Shown here piece by piece: positions 1-11,500 of a stretch of 34,473 nucleotides of DNA. Position 1 is the first letter of the stretch; each line of letters starts with the position of its first letter. The notes beneath the pieces are model-generated. The model had not been told where the DNA came from. It saw only the letters and a program-made list of their open reading frames with translations, and searched no databases. Position numbers and translations under genes: made by a program. The stretch is from Trichoplax adhaerens (lineage: Eukaryota; Animalia; Placozoa): NCBI RefSeq assembly GCF_000150275.1, contig NW_002060961.1, positions 855,436 through 889,908 of the forward strand, written 5' to 3'.

Positions 1-920
1 TACTTTCTTCATGTTGCACTGGATCGATATCGATCGCAGTGTTGCCTACTGCTAGTAGATAGGTTGCCATTGGGGGGCTGATATTGTCCATCTTTTTCCT
101 CGATCTTGTCCATCCTTATTGCTTTGATTTCTTCCTTCTCCAATGGCGGAAAGATTGGCCTACCACTTGGACCTACAAGGGATGGATTTAGCTTTTACGG
201 CTATGGGTCCATTACTTTCTTCATGTTTGAACTGGATCGATACAAGTGATCGATATCGATCGTAGTGTTGCCTACTGCTAGTAGATAGGTTGCCTTTGGG
301 GGGGGGGCTGATATTGTCCATCTTTTTCCTCTATCTTGTCCATCCTTATTGCTTTGATTTCTTCCTTTTCTAATGGCGGAAAGACTGGCCTACCACTTTG
401 ACTTACAGCGATGGATTCCGATGTATTTTCGATCCTTATTGCTTCCATTACTTTCTTCATGTTGCACTGGATCGATATCGATCGCAGTGTTGCCTACTGC
501 TAGTAGATAGGTTGCCTTTGGGGGGGCTGATATTGTCCATCTTTTTCCTCTATCTTGTCCATCCTTGTTGCTTTGATTTCTTCCTTCTCCAATGGCGGAA
601 AGATTGGCCTACCACTTGGACCTACAAGGGATGGATTTAGCTTTTACGGCTACGGGTCCATTACTTTCTTCATGTTGAACTGGATCGATATCGATCGCAG
701 TGTTGCTTACTGCTAGTAGATAGGTTGCCATTGGGGGGATCATACTGTCCATCCTTGTTACTTTGATTTCTTCCTTCTCCAATGGCGGAAAGATTGGCTT
801 ACCACTTGGATCTACAAGGGATGGATTTAGCTTTTACGGCTATGGGTTGATTACTTTCTTCATGTTGAACTGGATCGATATAATAGGATAGCGATGACAG
901 TGTTTACTACTGCTCGTAGA
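1..920. repeat. Tandem repeat of ~190-236-bp units, ~4.3 copies
   Basis: tactttcttcatgtt...ggatcgat recurs at 1, 213, 449, 662 and 852. Confidence 0.9.
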
Positions 921-1099
921 TACTCGTCGGTTTGTTGCCATGAATTGTTGATGAGAAGGACGAGGAGGAGGATATCCACTTGAAAGCAATCCATTGCACA
1001 GTCTTTCAAGGCTTTCTTTTCAATCATACAATCTTGGCCATGAATTCATGACATTGGATTGAGAGCAGAGTCCAAACGCTTTGAGCGATCTTTCTCTAC

Positions 1100-2360
1100 C
1101 TTTCTGACGACAGGATGGACATGTTGATTAACTCGAGCTCGGTTAAATTGATTGCTGATGCTGTAGTCTAGCCAAACAGAATGCAAGAAAGGATTGTAGT
1201 TTAGACGACAACAGTCCATTCGTTTTCTCCTCCTCACCAATGCCCTTCTGTCTCATCCTTGGCAAGAATAAAACCTCCATTCCATTCTCCATCTTTTTAT
1301 CCATAGCACTTTTTAGCTGTGTCCCTTTAGATGACAACAGTCCATTTTTTTCCTCCTCACCAATTCCCTTCTGTCTCATCCTTGGCAAGAATAAAACCTC
1401 TGTTCCATTCTCCATCTGTTATCCATAGCACTTTTTAGCTGTCTTTCTTGAGACGACAACAGTCCATTCTTTTTCTCCTCCTCACCAATGCCCTTCTGTC
1501 TCATCCTTGGTAAAAGGAAAACCTCCATTCCATGATCCCTTCTTTCTTCTTCTTGGATCCACTCACTTTTGAGCTCTTTTACTCTTTCAACTCGTTTGAA
1601 CTGACTGTATCAGTTGGATAGGGGTCTTTAGCAACATGTTCTTCTCATTTTCAAGCCTAGAATAGGCCAAGTGAGAAGAAGGATGACCAACCTAGGCACA
1701 GACATACACGTAGACTGCATGGAAAATCAAATCGGCCTTCATCAACCCCTTTACACTAAATCTACAACCTTTCTCATCACATACATCCTATACGCTTTAA
1801 ATCAAGACGGCATGCAAAATCAAATCAGCCTGCATCAACTCCTTTACTTTGGGTCTACAAGTTTTCTCATGCAAAATCAAATCCGCCTGCATCAACTACT
1901 TTACTCTACCTTGTTGCGGCAGGCGTCTACAGCCTTTCTCATAACATACGCTCGCCTAGAATGCAAACGAAAATCCAATCAGCCTGCATTAACCACTTTA
2001 CTTTCCCTTTTTTTTTGGCGGCGTCTACAGGCTTTCTCATCACGTTAGGAGAAATTATTGAAGCCAACCATTGCATCAAGTGATTGCCCATGGCTGGTAC
2101 CACGCCATGATCACTCCATTGCAATCCATCTCCACTGGTAGCCCAACGATTGCATTATTTGTGCAAGGAATCCATCTCCTCCATCTTCTTCTTGCTCTTT
2201 CAACTGCTGCCATTACCACCGTCGACAAGTTGATTCCATTGCTGGTACAAGATTGAGACAAAATTGCCTATTGCATTCAGGTAAGCATCAAACAGTTCAT
2301 GCATTATTAATGGCTTTTCCACCTTGAAGTTGGCTTTGTATCCTTGCATACCCTAGCCAT
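1100..2360 (-). CDS. Putative 5' exons of an unidentified gene diverging from INPP4 (continues toward or beyond the left edge)
   Basis: Candidate exons 2360-2352 (aagATGGCTAGG|gtatgc), 1600-1567 (cag|...|gtgagt) and 1167-1100 (tag|...|gtagag) join in phase to MARFKRVERVKELKNYSISNQFNRARVNQHVHPVVRK. No family recognised. Confidence 0.4.
1200..1530. repeat. ~125-bp tandem repeat, ~2.7 copies (intronic)
   Basis: agacgacaacagtccatt...ctcctcacca..cccttctgtctcatccttgg recurs at ~1203, ~1329 and ~1451. Confidence 0.9.
1715..2045. repeat. Degenerate ~60-100-bp tandem repeat
   Basis: aaatcaaatc.gcctgcatcaact...tttac...tctaca...tttctcat occurs 4 times. Confidence 0.75.
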
Positions 2361-2538
2361 CTTGCTCAATCTTCTTCAACTTTGCTTAGGATATTGGCAG
2401 CTTGCTTGTCCACCACAAAACCAATCCGCTCATTAGCCACATTTTCCTATTTCATGTGTGTCCATTCTCTATCAAGCTGTTGCTTTCAACCTTGAACAAT
2501 CCTTCCTTTTTTGAACTGCTGGTATTAATCCATCCTTC
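2361..2538. promoter_or_regulatory. Probable compact bidirectional promoter
   Basis: About 180 bp lies between the divergent ATGs (2360 on -, 2539 on +), with a CCAAT box (aaccaatc, ~2419-2426). Depends on the minus-strand gene being real. Confidence 0.35.
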
Positions 2539-5500
2539 ATGATGCGTTTCAATGAGAAAGAATTAACAAGCCTTGCCTTGTCGACATCGGTCCGATTCGA
2601 TAAAGAAGGCTGCTTATACATGTACGATCGTGAAGGCAAATATCTCAAGCGGACAGAAGGTAAGTTCGGCAATCATGTTGTCGCTTGTTCTACTGCTTGT
2701 TTTTTCTTTTCGCAAGCTGAGTTATGGTTGAGCAAGACCACTGTGGATTCCTTAGCAATCGTTTCAATCATGGCTTTCCCCGCTTGAGTAGACTGTCACA
2801 AAGATCCAACTACTAGACAGTACAAAATGGCATGAAAAGAGTGCCTAGCTACTGTCTTGTAGTTTTTTTTCTCTTTCCGTCGTTGATGCTATTGGATCTT
2901 TGTCCCACTAATGGCTTTCATTGTATCTTCTTACTCTTTTAACTTGTGTGATGGATGTTCTTTTTTCTTGTCCTGTATTTTGCGGTGTTATTTTGTTGAT
3001 GTGGATGATGGTGGCGGTGTTGATCTCTTGCTTTCATCAACTGCTTTCTCCTGTCTCTTTCATTTTGGGTGTAATGATGGCGTTTTCACACTTTCTTGAC
3101 AGTCTTTCTCCTAGCTTATTGACCTTCATCATGGCGTTTTCATGCTTTCTTGACAGTCTTTTCCCTCTCTCCTATTTTATTTTCGCCCTGACGATGGCGC
3201 TTTCATGCTTTCTTGATCGTCTTTTCTTGTAGTTTGTTTTCCCTAACGATAGCGTTTTCATGCTTTCTTGACCATCTTCTCTCTTGTACTGTATAATTCG
3301 TCCTGATGATGGCGTTTTCATGCTTTCTTCACCATCTTCTCTCTTGTACTGTATAATTCGTCCTGATGATGGCGTTTTCATGCTTTCTTGATCGCCTTCT
3401 CTCGTGTATGTAATTCCCTCTCCCTGATGATAGTATCTTCATACTTTCTTAGCCATCTTCTCTCCCATCTTATTCGCTATGATGATGGCATCTTCATACT
3501 TTCTTAGCCATCTTCTCTCCCATCTTATTCGCTATGATGATGGCATCTTCATACTTTCTCGACCATCTTCTCTCCAATCTTATTCGCTATGATGATGGTG
3601 TTTGCACGCTTTTCTTGACATGATTAGGCAGTATTTTTATTCGCCATGATGATGGCCATTTTCCTTTCTTGCTTGCTGCCTTTCTACCCTAGCCTCCCTG
3701 CGTCGTATTTTGTTGCTTGGATGATGGCGTTTCCATGATTAGTATCTTCCTTGTAAAGTACAGTAAGTTACTCAGTCTAAAGATGGCAATTTCAATTTCT
3801 TTTCACGCCTTCTTTATCCCTGCTGCCTCCCTAGCGAGTATTTGCCTTACTTGGATGATGGCGTTGAATACTTTCTTAACAGCATTCTCCTGTCTAGCAT
3901 TTTGCTCATCCTAATGATGGCGATATTTCTTTCTTTCATGCTTTTTTTTTAAGACAGTATCCTCCTTCTGCTCTAATGGCGCTTTCTTCTACTGTACACT
4001 GTACAGTATTTTATGTTTTCCTCCTTCATTTTACTCATGCTGATGATGACTATCTCTGTCTTATTATTATTTAAAATAGCCCATGATCCATGGTCATGAT
4101 TGCTATCTTACAATCTCTTCTTATTTTGACTACTATGTTCCATTTTCGTCTGTTATTGATTTATCCATCCTGATGATGAGTTATTCTATTTTCTATCATA
4201 GGTTTTATTGAACGATTATTTCGACTTAAAGGCAATATCCTACTGTATTTTCGATCCACCAAACGGGTAAGAACATGGCGATAAATGTATAGTATAGTGA
4301 TTTTTATTTTCAACACCAATCATCCATGTCCATCTCCGTTGAATCCTGCATCCTCCTTCGATACTCTTAAAGTATTGTAAGATAGCTTAGCATGATATAA
4401 GACATGAAATCAATCGTCCTCTTTCTCCCTTTTTTTTAAAAGCGATTTCGTCCTCTATCCAATAGAGAACTGTATTCAATTTGAACATTTTATTCCATCT
4501 TTTCACTTATCATTTTTTATTGGTTTATTTGGGGGGGAGGAAACTGGCTCCATCGACTCATCACTACTTTCAAAATGAAAACATTTTCCATCCATGCCTA
4601 GCAAAGTGATGATGATGATGGAATCAGTTTCCATCTCGCTATCCAATCACTCTGATTTCATGCTAGATTGATTTTGACTTGGTTTCCATTCTCTTGTACG
4701 AGGATTGAACAGAAAGTTGTCAAGGCTAATTGCAATGGTTGTCAATTTTATTAGTATCCTTTTGAATGTTGTGCATGGCCATGGATCGCTTGGCAATTTC
4801 AAACCATAGCGATCCAGGCCATCATCATTTTGATTTGCATGGGTCGATAGACAAGATGGTGATCTATTCTGTCCAATGCAATCGATTCTCAGCTGGCTAG
4901 CCTTCTATTTCCATGGAGGTGGTTAATTATCAACGACAGAAAGCGTGGGATTATTCGTCACCTTTGTGTTATTTTCCAACAATTTTTTATTTTCTATTCT
5001 ATACTGTATTAATTAACCCAAATGAATGAATGAATTATAATGAGCTAGACAACATAGTACAACATCTATTTCCCTAACAACGGGCAGGATGAGAATGGCT
5101 AGGTTAAGATGAAATAGTATAAGCCTATTTGGATGGGTTGGAGAAATATTAACTAACTGCACAATGAAGAGTAAGGACTTCTTCCGCGGTCACAATCCTA
5201 TTCTCCTGAATGAGGAGATTAATTGACTTACTGCTTCTTGTACAATATCATCATCAACATGCTGAGTGACGACATTATAGCTTTCCTACAAGGAAAGCTA
5301 TAATGTCTTAACAGTGTCGATAGGAGTTTAATGCCAACAAGTTGAAGAAAACTCCAGCGACGGTAGAATGTCATCCTTGATCTTGTTAGGGACGACGACG
5401 AGAATAGTCTTCACCATAGACTACTCGAGACAGAATATTATCCCTTACTCTTACCTTATCAGAGGAAAGGGATCAAAAATTGCAGTTTAACGGTAACCAT

Positions 5501-8500
5501 ATTCCTTAAGTCGTCTTTGCCTTAACATTATAGATCGACGAGAACAGTCTCTCGCCTTGAACAAAATGCTATCCTATTTAATATTATACGCTTCGATAGA
5601 AGCTTGATGAGAAAAATTGATAGACTCTGTCATTTCATTATCGACTTTCCAAGTGTCGAGAAGATCTCGTCTTGAAGGAAATGCCATCCTATTTTACTAC
5701 AGTAGTATACGCTTCGATAGGAGCTTGATAGAAAGTATTTTGCTATGTTAATTTCATCATCGACTTTCCTACTGACGAGAAACGTCTCGCCTTCATGGGA
5801 CAGGCCATCATGTCAATATGAGACAAGTGGACCAGAGTAGAAATCAGTTTGATTGCAAACACTTTGATAAAAGCTCATTCAGATGATCCTGCTATGATCG
5901 GACTTTTCCTACTACAAGAATATTCTCACGCTGGATTGAAAATAAAATTGACTACTAGCTTGGATACCAAGTATTTTGAGGTAACAGCTCAATATAACGG
6001 CGATGGCCTTGCGTTAGGAAAAATGGAATGACTGTACAATGGAAAAATGAACTTTTATAATCCTAAATGCAATAGTTTGGCTTTCGCCAACGAAATGGAC
6101 TTGCTATTGACAGCCAAACCAATGCCAACAACTCTCAAAATGGGAATAACCATTAGGAAAGGAAATATTGTTGACAATGGACAACCCATGTTGATGGCAA
6201 CGCCTTGTGTAACGATTCAATGACTGTTTAAACATGGACTTACGTAGCAGGAATAGCTTGGCTTTGAAGATTGGAAAAAATGTTGACAATCAACTTTATG
6301 CTTGCTCTACCATTGACAAAAGTTAATTACTAACGTATAGCTAGAGATGAGCATAAACCGATAATTTAATCCATTACAGGAGACTACTCTCATACGATTG
6401 CCAATAGCATGCTCACCCACTTTTCCAGCAGTCAACGCGATAGTGTTGACAAAGATCATGCCTACTAAGTTCAGAAAAGCTTCATGACGCTAGACAGTAG
6501 TCTGGGAATTTTCTTCATTAATAAAATAATATATCCATGTTTACAAATAAAATACCAACTGCCTTCACAAAAGGCCTTAATTACTCTCTCTACATCAAGC
6601 TGATGATATTGACTATGCAAATATTCTACTACGACACAATTACTCGTATGTTTATAAATGCAATGGCTACCAATGCCATTCGTATTCCTTTGTAAAAGTC
6701 TTAACTTATTCTACAATCATACTAATGAGAGTTACTAGGCAATATTCTGCCATGATGTAATTGTGTTTACAAGTACAATTGGTATTCCTTTCACAAAGTT
6801 TGAAGTTACTCTACAATCACACTAATGATCATGATGGCTACTAGGGACTATTCTTCCATTCAAAAATAATGTTTACAAGTGCAAGATGCCTACTCCGTTC
6901 AGCTTTTACATAAGGAATGGCGGTCAATATGTCATCGTGATACGTAATCCTTTCAGAAAAAGTCTTAACCTACTCTACAATCATACTGATGATAGTTGCA
7001 GAATATTGTGCACAAATGCTCATAGCTTGGAATAGGATTGGTAACCCTTTCAGGAAGGATTCAGTTATTCTTCAATCACACTAAGAATAGTTATTAGGAA
7101 ATATGACACAATTGCAGAATCATGCTTATTAATGACAGTTACTCGGCAATATTCTGTCATTAGAGGATAATGTTTACAAGTACGATGCCATTACAAAACC
7201 TCCATGACACTAAAAATAGACTGTGATAACAGTTGTTCAGGGAATATTCTTCATTAGAGAACAATTTCAATACGATGTTAAAGACTTTCTAATTCGAGAA
7301 CGAAGGAATGACTTATCCTACTAGCAGCCTGCAATAACTCTTGCTACAACTAGTCTAACATCCGAGAATGATACAATGGCTACAGACGAGTAGAATCAGA
7401 GAAGACTTGCATAGAGGCTCAATAACTCTACAAACTGGCAATGAGGAATGAGGTGTTTTGGAATACATGTACTCTATCATTCAAAAATGTTGGGACAGCT
7501 ATAAAATTCATTGCCCACTACTTTGGAAAGGCTGCATGACTCTATAAGCGAACTAGGATAAGGATGGCTTCAATTTTTAGATTGGAATGACTGCTATTAG
7601 AGAATAGCCTACTATTGCATAATGATTCAATAGCTAAAACTTACAGTAAATGCCTACGCTTTCATCAAGCTCCAATACTCTACAAGTTGATAACTTTGGT
7701 CACTACTTTGGTTATGTTTTGATCTCAATGTCAAATGGAAGACCGCCATAACATCATTTGGCGAAATCATCGTTGTTATGTGGGCGGTGCTACAAATCAA
7801 CTTGTTTACACAGTCCATCCGAACCATCTTCGCTAGTGACTTCCGCTTTTACACGCTACTCCTTGACTATGGATCTACTGGATAAAGTCATGGTTGTTGT
7901 TGTGATGTTGACATTATTCTTTAATTCAATGATTTTAGTCAGCCGGTCAATGCATTTGTAAGTAATGGCAAAGACATTGAGCACAACACAATGTAGTAAC
8001 CCAAAGTTTTTCGACTGTCAGTGATGGATGAATCATCATAATTTGAATCCCTTCTATCCATGAACCCATGCTTGCCTTTAATCTCTATTATTCATCGACA
8101 ATAGCGATTGAAAGCCTACGGTTAGATAGTATTGTTTATTCAATTGGGAATCTATTGGTAGCTATTGTTGTCTTAATCAATGACATAAGGAGAACACTAC
8201 TATTGATTAGATTAGAGGCTTGAATTAAAATTACTATTTTAAATCTCAATCTGATCTCCATCGATAACTGATCGAATGGTGATAACGAGAATAAAGATTC
8301 AAGGATGCCATTGAAAATTTTATAATACAATATGTTGTTCTAGTTGTAAATAATAGAATAGAATACATCAGTGATGTTGACAAAGAACTGAATAATTGTT
8401 TATTATTGTTGCTGTCATAGTAGTGATCGATGTACGGTGTAGTAAGTTCAAGTAGTAGCCTGTCTAGAATGATGCGTCGATTTGAAGTAAAATATTGAGA

Positions 8501-11500
8501 AGGTTGTGCACCAGCTGTGAAGAAAGATTGCTATCGAGTGAATGTCTTGTCCTCTTCATTGATATAGCAGTTTAAACTACCAAGAACAAGTTATAGACGA
8601 ATTTAGCAAATAGCAGCAAAGTACAAACTTAAAGTAGTTTCATGTTATAGCCTTTCTGGGATTACTTAAAGATTGAAATAAATCAGCTGGTAAGAAAGAC
8701 TAGAGATTGAATGAACGTAGACTACTGTTGTATGTATCCACAATTAAGGGAGCAGCTTCATATGGTAGTCTTTAATAGATCACGTATTGGTTAAAGTAAA
8801 ATGAGTATATCACCTCATAATTGCCAATCTGGCTAGAGAAGAGTAGACATAAATGAATGCGGGTTATGTTGTCTTCATGATCGATATACAAATCTTATAC
8901 GATAATAGTCTTTTCAGAATAACGTATAAATTAAATCATCAAATTAGAAATATACTATCTGACAATGAGTACTGGATTTAATGAATGTTTGTTATCGTAG
9001 TACTGGATTAATCTCGTAAGCCAACAGCGAAATAGTAGTCTTTGGAGAATTACGTATAGGCTGAAAGTAGAATGAATCGAAACATTCTATACTAGCGTGT
9101 AATACAGAATTTCATTTGAATAAACATGATGATTTTGATACTGCTTGGAACTATATGACCATTTTAGCTATCAAAGGGAGGATAGTCTTTCTTGCATTGT
9201 GCAGAAATTGGAAATCAGTTGAAATACGCTATCCTCTAATTCCTAACTGGTAATGAAGCATAGAATTGGAATTCATGCCGTCATCTGGTTATTGATCGAC
9301 ATGACAATTTTAGCTGTCAAGGGTTTAATCAACACTTACTAAGATATACAGTTCTAATATCATCACTATAGTATATTCCCTGACACAGAACTACTGTTAT
9401 TAGCTGAAATTAGGACAAAGGGTTAGTCTTTTTACTGTAGAATTACCCATACTTTGGTAGTTCAATGAATCAAAACATTGTATGACTAGTTGGCAAGGAA
9501 GAGAATGGGATTGAATTTATTCATTATCTTCTTATTTGATTGATATGTAGTTTCAGCTGTCTTGGAATAGTCTTCCTTTAGTAGAATTACCCATAGGTTG
9601 GAACATTGCATAATAGCTGGCAAGAAATAATGAGATTGAATTAACGTTACTAGCATACCCATATTATATACGAGTATAACTTTTCATCATTATCACAGCT
9701 TCAGCTTCTAAATACTACCGTAGTCTGTTAAGAGTAACGCAGATGTTGAAAGTAAAATAAATTGCGTAAAAGTAAGAAATTTTAATTAGCTGACAAGGAA
9801 AAATGCAATAGAATAAATAATTATTGGCGTGCCATTGATCGGAAATGAAATGAATCATAAAATTGTATTCTAGCTGGCAATGGAGAGTGGGATGAAGTAC
9901 TGCTATTGTCGTATTAACTTATTGATCAATATGTCGGCTTCAACATTTTCAAGTAATTAATTCTCAAGAATAACATATGCATTAGTAAAATCTGTATAGC
10001 AGGAATAATCGCAACAAACAGTAAGAAGCGAAAGTGCGGCTAGTGAGGTGTAAACAAGCCGCTTATGAATGCGAGTATTATCGTTATTGTTCTGCTTGCA
10101 TTGGCCAAGTTTATCTGGATGCAATGATGTATACATAAGAAGGATTAAAAGATCATTGCATTTATTTTTATCATTATAATTTTATTATGGACAAACTGAG
10201 TTTATACTACCCACTTGCGGTATTTTCCTAAAGCCTTTGTAGATTGGTAACCCTGATTCAGTTCTAATTACAATTATAGAAAGGTTATCTACATTTCTCC
10301 TGTCACCTACGCGTGATTGAAGAAGAATGGATACTTTTATTAAAATACAATCAATCCTTTTTGACGTCATCTTGTGACAGAATGAAAGGAAAATGAGATT
10401 TATAATGATGTTAAACGCATTTACTTACTTATATGCTTGATTGTTATTGATTAGGATTCAACGCCGTTAGGATGCTTTATATTAGAAACTTGTAAAGTTG
10501 AAGAGTGTCTAAGTGTTGATAAAGAATTTACTTTTAATCTACGTGAGTACTATTCGTACTTTAATAGCTTTTACATTGCTTTCTATTTATCATCTCTACA
10601 AGGGTTACTGTATTTCTCTGACTTTATGTTATCAATGCTGGAACATTAAATATTCTATTTTCCTTCAGGTTTTGGTGGTGATGAAACCAGACCAGTTTGC
10701 TTAGCAGCAATATCAGGAGAGGAATACCGATCGTGGATAAGTGCCATTGAAACTGCTAGGTAGATATCTTTAAATGATACAGCCCATAAACGTGTGATCA
10801 TAAGCGTTATTATACCTGTTCAACTCAGAACATATGTATACTGGAATAAGACATCGTAGTGATTCTTCAGTCCTTGTGATTTACAATTCGTATCGCAAAG
10901 TTATTTACTTTACGAAAATTGCCACATCTTAAGTTATGCAGGTTTAAGGAATCGTGTACTATCATTACGCACTGAACTAGAAGACGTACGAAAATCGATG
11001 AAGGTACAACGCCATTTATTGTAGTACTTTTTGAATCCAATGGCATAATTTAGACAATTTTCGATTATTATTGTATAAAAACAATGTTTGCCTAAGTACT
11101 GACTTCATATTGAAGTACCCCCCGTTCTAACTCGCTTATTATTCCATCATAGCCTGTTTCGTTATATCCTAATTCAGGGGATAAAAATTCCGACTTTGGT
11201 ATGTCAATGTTAACTGCATTCAATTTTGTAATAATAGACATTGATTTTGATGACTTGTTCAAACAATGTAAAGTAATCATCAATATCCGCAATTTTCCTC
11301 TAGGTGATATTCATGGGATCGAAATATTAATTGGTACAATACCTTTCAATATAGCCAAACACTTCTCGCAATGTTATAATATCATTACAATCTTCTATCA
11401 TGTTGCAGAATGTTCATTAGCTACAAGTTCTTTCAATTCGCCTCCAAGTACATATATATCATTAAGTATTCTTACTGCAAATAAGCATATATTTTGGCTG

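Larger units (their letters stand above)
2539..11003 (+). other. PH-domain-encoding exons 1-5 of INPP4
   Basis: Spliced translation [79 protein letters not shown]...FTFNLRF...[24 protein letters not shown]. This is a PH fold with the C-terminal helix Trp and resembles PLEKHJ1/PHETA-type PH domains (MRYNEKEL..., LxGNxLxY, PxGxxxLE, W..A...ASY). Confidence 0.85.

Noticed and set aside
278-1428. ORF-track peptides within the left-end repeats
   Set aside because: Frames do not stay open across units and variable G-runs shift frame.
3000-3985. C/D snoRNA cluster (many TGATGA) or the hydrophobic ORFs 2911-3232 and 3172-3381
   Set aside because: TGATGA is simply the minisatellite core, with no consistent D box or terminal stem. 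The ORFs are by-products of a pyrimidine-rich repeat.
5849-6031. [14 protein letters not shown] as the missing PH exon 3
   Set aside because: Acceptor phase is incompatible; 10455-10542 ([13 protein letters not shown]) fits phase and motif better.
6055-6490. Minus-strand exons including a DUS-like INMGCP
   Set aside because: No other dihydrouridine-synthase motifs, no coherent exon chain, and recurring ttgtcaaca suggests decayed repeats.
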